Of a DNA stretch of 64,000 bases, positions 37,782-45,408 are shown one piece after another (positions within the stretch are counted from its first letter, which is position 1; each line of letters opens with the position of its first letter). This DNA comes from an uncultured Candidatus Saccharibacteria bacterium (GTDB taxonomy: Bacteria > Patescibacteriota > Minisyncoccia > Phycocordibacterales > UBA9973): contig CAYRQJ010000003.1 of assembly GCA_964426555.1 (NCBI GenBank), forward strand, positions 1,229-65,228. Direction: 5' to 3'. The translations under genes and the position numbers were made by a program. A model generated the notes under the pieces. That model made no database searches. It was not told the DNA's origin and saw nothing but the letters and a program-made list of their open reading frames with translations.

Positions 37782-39047
37782 TTATTTTGCAATTCTAACT
37801 TGGCCACCCATATATGGACGTAGTACCTCGGGAATTATTATACTACCATCAGCTTGTTGGAAATTTTCTACCAATGCTGCAGGTAAACGACTGGTTGCAC
37901 AAGCAGTATTGTTTAAAGAATGAACAAATCTTAGTTTTCCATCAGTATCGCGATATTTTATGTTTAGTCTACGAGTTTGAAAATCATGAAAATAAGAAGA
38001 AGAATGTGTTTCTCTGTATTTGTTTTGTGATGGCATCCAAGCTTCGATGTCGTATTTTTTTACCTGACCTAAACCAAGATCCCCTCCGCAGTTTACAACT
38101 ACATGATAAGGTAAACCTAGTTCACGCATTAAATGTTCTACATGAGCTGTAATTTCTTCGTGCCATTTTACAGATTCTTCATGATTGGCTTCTGTTAAAA
38201 TAACTTGTTCAATTTTAAAAAATTCATGAACACGAATTATGCCTTTGGTATCAGCACCGTGCTTACCAGCTTCTGCACGGAAACATGGAGAAAATGCAAT
38301 ATATTTTTTAGGTAAATCTGTTTGTTCGATTACTTCGTTCATATGGTAACCCATAGTAGCTACTTCGGCAGTACCAGCTAAATATTCATTTTCGCCTACT
38401 TTATATAAATCATCTTCTGACTGTGGAAGCATTCCGGTACCAATAAGAGATTCTTTACGCACAAGTGATGGCACTATCATAGGAGTATAACCTTGGTCAA
38501 TAAAATAATTCAAAAAATATTGCCATAAAGCAAAAAATAATTTTACTCCATCATTTTTCATAAAATATCCACGAAATCCAGAAACCTTTACTCCTCGTTC
38601 AAAATCAACCATATTTAAATTCTCCATTAGTTCAATATGGTCTTTGGGTGTAAATTCAAATTGTGGAATATCTCCCCATACACGAATTTCTACATTGTCT
38701 TCGTCACTGTCCCCGTCTGGCACAGACATGTCTGGAACATTTGGAACTTCTAACATCATCTTTTGCCAATTTGTAATAATATTACGCAAAGATTCTTCTT
38801 TTGTTTGAAGTTCATCTTTTACAATTTTCATTTCTTCCAGTGCGGTAGTTTTTTCATCTGCTGAAAGATTGGCAATATTAGCTGAAACTGCATTTTGACG
38901 ACTTCGAAGTTCTTCGACTTCTTTTAACAGAGACAATCTCTGGTCGTCCAAATTAACTAGTTCATCAATATTTAAATTAATGTGTTTTTTAGTTATTGCA
39001 TTTTTAACAATATCGGTATTTTCGCGAATGAATTTAATGTCTAACAT
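37782..39047 (-). CDS. serS: seryl-tRNA synthetase
   Basis: 421 aa. N-terminal coiled-coil arm 'MLDIKFIRENTDIVKNAITKKH...' and class II core 'FRAEAG'/'RVHEFFKIEQV'. Start codon fused to a cassette arm. Confidence 0.9.
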   Translation of the reverse strand: MLDIKFIRENTDIVKNAITKKHINLNIDELVNLDDQRLSLLKEVEELRSRQNAVSANIANLSADEKTTALEEMKIVKDELQTKEESLRNIITNWQKMMLEVPNVPDMSVPDGDSDEDNVEIRVWGDIPQFEFTPKDHIELMENLNMVDFERGVKVSGFRGYFMKNDGVKLFFALWQYFLNYFIDQGYTPMIVPSLVRKESLIGTGMLPQSEDDLYKVGENEYLAGTAEVATMGYHMNEVIEQTDLPKKYIAFSPCFRAEAGKHGADTKGIIRVHEFFKIEQVILTEANHEESVKWHEEITAHVEHLMRELGLPYHVVVNCGGDLGLGQVKKYDIEAWMPSQNKYRETHSSSYFHDFQTRRLNIKYRDTDGKLRFVHSLNNTACATSRLPAALVENFQQADGSIIIPEVLRPYMGGQVRIAK

Positions 39048-39170
39048 CCCGTTTAGAAGCAGGTCACGATCCAGATGGTCCCGTTAATGCTTTAGTTAAG
39101 TGAATAATGAATTTTATATTTATATATATCCTGTTCTTGTAATCGTGATCGTGGCTTCTAACGGGATAAC
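39045..39170. repeat. copy A of the palindromic intergenic cassette (between divergent serS and dprA)
   Basis: On the plus strand: CATCCCGTTTAGAAGCAGGTCACGATC ... AT-rich core ... GATCGTGGCTTCTAACGGGATaac. The CAT at 39045-47 is the serS start codon on the minus strand. Confidence 0.65.
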
Positions 39171-39211
39171 ATATAGCTATACTATAGCAAAAATAGTAAA
39201 ATGTATAAAGT

Positions 39212-40060
39212 ATGCAAATAAAAGAGTTATTAAAAAATGACTTTCCTAAAAGATTTGACGATTTACCACAATACCCAAAGAATCTTTTTATTATTGGTAA
39301 TTTGCCCGACCCAAATAAATATAAAAATTTAGTTATTGTAGGATCTCGTAAACATACCAGCTATGGTAAACAAGTTGTGCGTGACATTATAGCCGGACTT
39401 GCAACATATCCTATTAATATTGTATCCGGACTGGCTTTGGGAATTGATACACTGGCTCACGAAGAAGCGTTACGTCATGGAATGATAGTTACAGCATTCC
39501 CCGGTTCCGGATTAAATAAAAATTCTATACACCCGCAAAATAATGTAAGACTGGCAGAAAAAATTTTTGAATCCGGAGGATGCTTAATTTCCGAATACGA
39601 ACCCAATTTCAAAGCAACTCAATATAGCTTCCCACAAAGAAATCGTCTTATGGCTGGGTATGCTCACGCGGTATTAATAATTGAAGCCGAAGAAAAATCA
39701 GGAACATTAATTACTGCAAGACTAACCACAGAATATAATCGAGATTTATTAGTTGTACCTGGTTCAATTTATAATTCTACATCCAAAGGTACGAATTGGT
39801 TACTATCCCAAGGTGCTACCCCAGTAACATGTGCCAACGATGTATTGATTGCATTAGGTTTTGATATAAATACCCACACACAAAGAAATGATATTTCAAA
39901 AGAAGAAGCAGTAATACTGGAAATATTAACCGAACCCAAAACAAGAGACGAAATAATTCGTGAATGTGACGGTAGCACTGAAGAAATAAATAGTTTATTA
40001 ATGAAAATGGAACTACGTGGAATAATTGTGGAAGACGCTGGGTATTTTAGAGTAGTTTGA
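39212..40060 (+). CDS. dprA: DNA processing protein DprA (Smf)
   Basis: 282 aa. Rossmann-like 'VIVGSRKHTSYGKQVVRDIIAGLATYPINIVSGLALGIDTLAHEEALRHG' is the DprA signature. Confidence 0.85.
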   Translation: MQIKELLKNDFPKRFDDLPQYPKNLFIIGNLPDPNKYKNLVIVGSRKHTSYGKQVVRDIIAGLATYPINIVSGLALGIDTLAHEEALRHGMIVTAFPGSGLNKNSIHPQNNVRLAEKIFESGGCLISEYEPNFKATQYSFPQRNRLMAGYAHAVLIIEAEEKSGTLITARLTTEYNRDLLVVPGSIYNSTSKGTNWLLSQGATPVTCANDVLIALGFDINTHTQRNDISKEEAVILEILTEPKTRDEIIRECDGSTEEINSLLMKMELRGIIVEDAGYFRVV

Positions 40061-40108
40061 CAAATTATCTTATTAGTGGAATGATATATTAAATTTAATA
40101 TATCTACT

Positions 40109-40600
40109 ATGGACACAACAGAAATTCAAATTAACACTCTAAACATTACAACCAAGGTTCCTGTTAGAAGTAACTATGATGCAAAAAAATTTATTAAAGT
40201 TTCAGTTTCACTTGACTGGGATATTAAATTCTTTAAAACAGGACACCGGTTAAAAAAGTTTTTACGTGAAGAACATGTCAGAACATTGGATGAATTTATT
40301 CAACACTACGATCAACTATATGATAGCTGCCCATGGAAAGCATTGACTCAATTAGAAACATTCAATACTGCAATTCATAATATTCTGACCGGGCCTCCTT
40401 ATACAAAGGAAACTATGCAGTTTATTAAAAAGAACATAATTGGTCCAAGAAAAAGACCAAATGCAATTCAAAAGTCTTTCTTAAATGCTTTATATTTTTT
40501 TGAAACAATTTTTAATAAGTCAAAAGAATTCAAAGCTTTTGTAAATAAAAAAGCTAAAGATCTACAAATTACATGGGTTCCTATTTATAAATATTTATAA
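40109..40600 (+). CDS. hypothetical protein
   Basis: 163 aa, basic; sits between dprA and topA. Confidence 0.3.
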   Translation: MDTTEIQINTLNITTKVPVRSNYDAKKFIKVSVSLDWDIKFFKTGHRLKKFLREEHVRTLDEFIQHYDQLYDSCPWKALTQLETFNTAIHNILTGPPYTKETMQFIKKNIIGPRKRPNAIQKSFLNALYFFETIFNKSKEFKAFVNKKAKDLQITWVPIYKYL

Positions 40601-40604
40601 ATCA

Positions 40605-40656
40605 CCCAAAAAAATATTTTTTGCCAAGCAAACATGCTTGGCAATTTTATTTTTTA
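40605..40656 (+). terminator. intrinsic terminator (ttgccaagcaaacatgcttggcaa + T-run)
   Basis: 9-bp stem followed by T-rich run. Confidence 0.6.
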
Positions 40657-40740
40657 TTTGCCCCGTAGTAGATATTTTTTAAAAATATTCACTACAGGGT
40701 TTGCAAAAAAATTTAGTGTGTAGTATTAGTATAAGTACCT

Positions 40741-40858
40741 GTCCCGTTAGAAACCGCGATCGCAATAATAAAAAACATAAATATGAAAATACATTTAATC
40801 AACATTAAAAGAATAAATAAACAAGAACGTGATATGATCGCGATCTGTTTCTAACGGG
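40741..40858. repeat. copy B of the palindromic intergenic cassette; outer end runs directly into the topA ATG
   Basis: GTCCCGTTAGAAACCGCGATCGCAATA ... 65 nt AT-rich ... CGTGATATGATCGCGATCTGTTTCTAACGGG followed by ATG (40859). Contains the GCGATCGC and GATCGCGATC palindromes. Confidence 0.7.
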
Positions 40859-43129
40859 ATGAATAAGACATTAGTAATTGTAGAATCACCATCAAAAGCT
40901 AAAACTATTGAAAAATATTTAGGTACTGGTTTTACAGTGCGCGCATCTATTGGTCACATTCGTGATCTACCAAAATCAAACAAAATAGCTATTGATATTC
41001 CAGGTGGATTTATCCCCCATTACGAAGTTTCTAAAGGAAAAGAAAAAGTAATAAAAGAACTGCGTGATTTATCTACTAAAGCTGACAATATAATACTGGC
41101 AACCGACCCGGACCGCGAAGGTGAAGCTATAGCATGGCATTTACAAGAAGTTTTAAACGAAAAGCACAAAAAACCTTTGACAAATATTAAACGTGCTACT
41201 TTTCATGAAATTACAAAAGACGCAGTTTTAACTGCAATAAATCACCCTCGAGAAATTGACCAAGATTTACGTAAAGCTCAAGAAGCTCGTCGCGTACTGG
41301 ATCGTCTTGTGGGTTACGATTTGTCCGGAGTAATTTGGAAAAAAGTTCGTTATGGTTTGTCTGCGGGACGAGTTCAGTCCCCTGCAATGCGAATACTTTG
41401 CGAAAGAGAAAGAGAAATTTTAGCTTTTATACCCGAGCAATATTTTGTAATTGAAGCTGATTTAAAACCAGCCGGTAGTGAATTTTTAACATTTACATGC
41501 AGTATCGAACCAACAGATAAAAAAATAGTTGATGATATTTTAAAAAATGGCAAACAGGAAGATTGGTACGTAAAAGACATAAAAGACACCGAAGCAAAAC
41601 GTAGCCCAAAGCCACCTTTTGCAACATCGTCTTTACAACAAACAGCTTCAACAAGACTGGGATTTTCTCCATCTCGAACAATGCAAGTAGCCCAAAAATT
41701 GTATGAAGCCGGACATATTACATATATGCGTACAGATTCTACAAATCTTGGAACCGCCGCTATTGCTCAAATAAGTGACTTAATAAAAAAACAATACGGA
41801 GTAAATTATTTAGAAAACCGAGTATATAAAACAAAATCCAAAAATGCTCAAGAAGCTCACGAAGCAATTCGTCCTACTGACGTAAATAAAAAAAATATTG
41901 GCCAAACTGAAGAACAAAAGAAATTATATAACTTGATTTGGGAAAGAACCGTAGCATCACAAATGGTAGACGCACGTGTTATGCGCAGTAAAATTACAGC
42001 AAATATAAAAACAAATTCAATTCCCGATTTTACAGTAAATGGTTCAAAGTTAATTTTTGACGGATTTTTAAAAGTTGATACGGGAGCAATTGGCGAAGAA
42101 ACAATTCTACCAAAACTAAGTAAAGACGAAGATTTAAAATTAGTAGATTTACGTGATATTGAAAAATTTACTCAGCCACCAAATCGTTATACGGAAGCTG
42201 GACTAATTAAAGAATTAGAAGAACGTGGTATTGGCCGGCCTTCTACATATGCATCTATTATGCGCACTATTGAAGAACGCGGTTATGTAGATAAACAAGG
42301 TCGTACTTTATTCCCTACCGATACTGGTATGGTAGTTTCTGGATTTCTGGAAGAACATTTTGCAGACTATATTAGTGATACTTTTACAGCTGAGATGGAA
42401 GACAAGTTAGATGAAATTTCTGAAGGTAAAAGAGATTATAGTAAAACACTAACCGAATTTTATAATCCATTTTTAAAACTAGTTAAAGAAAAAGATAAAC
42501 TAGACAAAGCTACAAATATTGAGGGGGCACCTGATGATATTCTTTGCCCTAAATGTGGTAAGGCTATGATGGTAAAGCTGGCCCGTAATGGAAAATTTTA
42601 TTCTTGTATTGATTACCCAGATTGTATGGGTGCAAGAAAAATTGATGGCACAGAAATGCAAGGACCAAAAGAAATTGGTAGACCTTGTCCTAAATGTGGA
42701 ACCCCTGCCACAGAAGAAGTAATATACAACAAAGACGGCAGTGTTCGTAAAAGCCGAAAAACAAAAATAGTAGAACTGGGTAAATTGGTTCTGCGTGAAG
42801 GTAAATTTGGTAATTTTATATCTTGTTCTCGTTACCCTAAATGTAAATACATCGAAGAAGATGAAGAAGAAAAGAAGAAACGCGAAACTGGAGTAAAATG
42901 CCCACAATGTAGTGACGGTGTTATGAGCGAACGTCGCGGTAGATTTGGAATATTTTATTCTTGTAGTAATTACCCAACTTGCAAAAATGCGATAAAAGCT
43001 AAACCAACAGGAAATATTTGCCAAATGTGCAGTTCTTTAATGATGGATGGCACAAAAACTATACCGGAACGATGTAGTAATACTAAATGTCCAAACCATA
43101 GACCAGACAAACTAGAAAAAACCAAATAG
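40859..43129 (+). CDS. topA: DNA topoisomerase I with four C-terminal zinc ribbons
   Basis: 756 aa. Toprim 'TLVIVESPSKAKTIEKYLG', 'LATDPDREGEAIAWHL', catalytic 'ITYMRTDST' (Tyr), then 4 C4 modules (CPKCG...CIDYPDC; CPKCG...; CSRYPKC; CPQCS...CSNYPTC). Confidence 0.9.
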   Translation: MNKTLVIVESPSKAKTIEKYLGTGFTVRASIGHIRDLPKSNKIAIDIPGGFIPHYEVSKGKEKVIKELRDLSTKADNIILATDPDREGEAIAWHLQEVLNEKHKKPLTNIKRATFHEITKDAVLTAINHPREIDQDLRKAQEARRVLDRLVGYDLSGVIWKKVRYGLSAGRVQSPAMRILCEREREILAFIPEQYFVIEADLKPAGSEFLTFTCSIEPTDKKIVDDILKNGKQEDWYVKDIKDTEAKRSPKPPFATSSLQQTASTRLGFSPSRTMQVAQKLYEAGHITYMRTDSTNLGTAAIAQISDLIKKQYGVNYLENRVYKTKSKNAQEAHEAIRPTDVNKKNIGQTEEQKKLYNLIWERTVASQMVDARVMRSKITANIKTNSIPDFTVNGSKLIFDGFLKVDTGAIGEETILPKLSKDEDLKLVDLRDIEKFTQPPNRYTEAGLIKELEERGIGRPSTYASIMRTIEERGYVDKQGRTLFPTDTGMVVSGFLEEHFADYISDTFTAEMEDKLDEISEGKRDYSKTLTEFYNPFLKLVKEKDKLDKATNIEGAPDDILCPKCGKAMMVKLARNGKFYSCIDYPDCMGARKIDGTEMQGPKEIGRPCPKCGTPATEEVIYNKDGSVRKSRKTKIVELGKLVLREGKFGNFISCSRYPKCKYIEEDEEEKKKRETGVKCPQCSDGVMSERRGRFGIFYSCSNYPTCKNAIKAKPTGNICQMCSSLMMDGTKTIPERCSNTKCPNHRPDKLEKTK

Positions 43130-43133
43130 CTAC

Positions 43134-43234
43134 GCACCTCATCCCCGACCCTTCTCCAGTAAACTAGAGAAGAGAGTGTGGTTAAATGCGATTTCCCTCG
43201 CCATTTAATGGAGAGGGATGTAAGGGTGAGGTGG
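43134..43234 (+). other. GC-rich imperfect palindromic structure between topA and the rel gene
   Basis: cacctcatccccgacccttctc ... gagagggatgtaagggtgaggtg, outer arms complementary with bulges. Internal hairpin tccctcgccatttaatggagaggga. GC-rich against an AT-rich background. Confidence 0.3.
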
Positions 43235-43235
43235 G

Positions 43236-43274
43236 TTTAAAAATAGAACAGAGGTTGTGCTATAATACTCTCAT
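43236..43274 (+). promoter_or_regulatory. putative extended -10 promoter (TGcTATAAT) 8 nt upstream of rel ATG; likely leaderless
   Basis: tgctataat at 43258-43266 and ATG at 43275. No room for an SD, implying a leaderless or very short leader. Confidence 0.35.
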
Positions 43275-44726
43275 ATGCAACATATTGAGAGTATTTTTAA
43301 TATAAAGAAATTTTCAAAAAAAGAACGGGACGTATTGGAAAAAGCGTACGATTTTGCAAAGGCAGCTCACACTGGCCAACTAAGAAAAAGCGGTGAGCCT
43401 TATTTTGTGCATGTATTTACTACTGCAAAAAATTTAGCTGAACTAAATATGGACGGTAATGTAGTAGCTGCAGGATTTTTACATGACGTACTAGAAGATA
43501 CAAAAGTTACAGAAGAAGAAATGCAGAAATCTTTTGGTGATGATATTACAAATTTGGTTTTGGGTGTTACAAAACTGGGAACTGTAAAATATAAAGGAGT
43601 TGAACGTAGTGTAGAAAATTTGCGTAAATTTTTTGTATCTATGGCTGAAGACATGCGAGTTATAATTATTAAACTTGCAGATAGATTACATAATATTGAA
43701 ACACTATCTCACGTACGAGAAGACAAACAAAAACGAATTGCACTGGAGACACTGGAAGTATACGCCCCATTAGCAGATAGATTGTCCATGGGTAAATTAA
43801 AAGGTCGTCTTGAAGATGCAGCGTTTCCTTATGCTTATCCTAAAGAATATGGCGAAGTAAAACTATTAAGAGAATCTCGTAAAGATGCGGCACTACCTGA
43901 ATTAATAAAAGTAGAAAACAATATTAAAAAAATTCTAAATCAATATTCGTTAAAACCAATTACCGTAGACCACAGAGAAAAACATTTATATTCTCTATGG
44001 AAAAAACTGCATAAATATAAAATGGATATAAACCATGTATACGACATTATAGCTATGCGTATAGTGGTAAAAAATATTGAAGAATGTTATTTGGCATTGG
44101 GGTTAATTCATGGTGCTTACAAACCCCTGCCAGGCCGTATAAAAGACTATATAGCCCTGCCAAAGCCCAATGGCTACAGATCTCTCCATACCACAATTAT
44201 TACCGAATCTGGAGCAATTATAGAAATTCAAATTAGAACTGAAGAAATGCATAACGAAGCAGAATATGGTCTTGCTGCACACTATGCATACAAAGGAAAT
44301 TTCAATACTGAAGACGAAAAATACAATTGGGTTAAAGAATTGCGTGATACTCAAAGCGAAGAAGAAACCGTTGATGGGTTTTACAAAAATTTAAAAATGG
44401 ACTTTTTTAAAGATCGAGTTTTTGCTTTTACTCCCAAAGGTGACATTGTAAATCTTCCTGACGATGGGACTGTACTAGATTTTGCTTTTAATGTTCACAG
44501 TGAAATAGGGATGCATGCTCAAGCTGGCGAAGTAAATGGTAAATTTGCTGCGCTAAACCACAAATTGGTAAATGGTGATGTTGTAAAAATAATTACCGCT
44601 AAAAATGTAAAGCCATCCAGTAAATGGCTAGAATTTGCAAAATCTACAATGGCTCGTAAACATATAGAAAAACATTTAAAACAAAATTCCCTACTTTCAA
44701 AATTTCTTTCTTTTGGACAAAAATAA
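43275..44726 (+). CDS. RelA/SpoT homolog (HD hydrolase + (p)ppGpp synthetase + TGS), short form
   Basis: 483 aa. HD 'HDVLEDT', synthetase 'DIIAMRIVV' and 'RIKDYIALPKPNGYRSLHTTI', TGS 'VFAFTPKGDIVNLPDDGTVLDFAFNVHSEIG'. Ends after TGS, with no ACT/RIS domains. Confidence 0.8.
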   Translation: MQHIESIFNIKKFSKKERDVLEKAYDFAKAAHTGQLRKSGEPYFVHVFTTAKNLAELNMDGNVVAAGFLHDVLEDTKVTEEEMQKSFGDDITNLVLGVTKLGTVKYKGVERSVENLRKFFVSMAEDMRVIIIKLADRLHNIETLSHVREDKQKRIALETLEVYAPLADRLSMGKLKGRLEDAAFPYAYPKEYGEVKLLRESRKDAALPELIKVENNIKKILNQYSLKPITVDHREKHLYSLWKKLHKYKMDINHVYDIIAMRIVVKNIEECYLALGLIHGAYKPLPGRIKDYIALPKPNGYRSLHTTIITESGAIIEIQIRTEEMHNEAEYGLAAHYAYKGNFNTEDEKYNWVKELRDTQSEEETVDGFYKNLKMDFFKDRVFAFTPKGDIVNLPDDGTVLDFAFNVHSEIGMHAQAGEVNGKFAALNHKLVNGDVVKIITAKNVKPSSKWLEFAKSTMARKHIEKHLKQNSLLSKFLSFGQK

Positions 44727-44760
44727 AAGCCGTATGATAATTCATACGGCTTATTACCTC
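44724..44760. terminator. bidirectional intrinsic terminator (agccgtatg..catacggct)
   Basis: 9-bp stem with flanking A-run and T-run. Confidence 0.6.
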
Positions 44761-44775
44761 TTTTAAAGAGATGCT

Positions 44776-45315
44776 TTAAGAATTAGCTTTAGCAAATTCT
44801 TCAGTGACTTCGGTTTTTAAAAAACCTTTGGCCACCATTTCAGTAACTACGGCTTTGGTCAAAGGCCTAATTTCTTTACCATTGATATGGCTTTTATTCA
44901 GTAAAAGAGAAACCGGAACCCATATTTCACCTTCCTTTGGTGAATTATTTACTGGTGTTTCTGCTGTAAAGATATTCACCTTTACTTTTTCGTTCCCAGA
45001 GTCTCCTGGGTCCTGAAACTGAATTGTTTTTTCTTTTTTGATACCAAACATTCCTGAACCACTTTTGGTTTGAGAAATTCTCCAGGCTGCACTGGTACTG
45101 TTTTCATCTTCATCAATTTTACCTCCCAAAAGTTGAATGGTTCCGTCACTTTTTTTGATACAACATACAGTATTGCCATTAGAGCAAACTAGTAGGTCGA
45201 TTTCTTTTTGTTTTTTAACAACCGACATTTCAGTAGATTGATTTTGGTTTTCATTTTTGGTTTTAGGTGTTCTACCTTTTTTACCGTCTCCGTTGATTGT
45301 TTTTCTTTTGTTCAT
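44776..45315 (-). CDS. hypothetical protein with degenerate Nudix-like box
   Basis: 179 aa. 'GGKIDEDENSTSAAWRISQTKSG' fits G-x5-E-x7-R but lacks the REx2EE catalytic glutamates. Confidence 0.3.
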   Translation of the reverse strand: MNKRKTINGDGKKGRTPKTKNENQNQSTEMSVVKKQKEIDLLVCSNGNTVCCIKKSDGTIQLLGGKIDEDENSTSAAWRISQTKSGSGMFGIKKEKTIQFQDPGDSGNEKVKVNIFTAETPVNNSPKEGEIWVPVSLLLNKSHINGKEIRPLTKAVVTEMVAKGFLKTEVTEEFAKANS

Positions 45316-45408
45316 GTTTTTTAGTTTTAAGAGTTGATTTTGGTTTTAAATGTTCTACAAAAAATACTCCTTTCGGAGTATTTTGTCAATAGTTACTATA
45401 GATATAAA

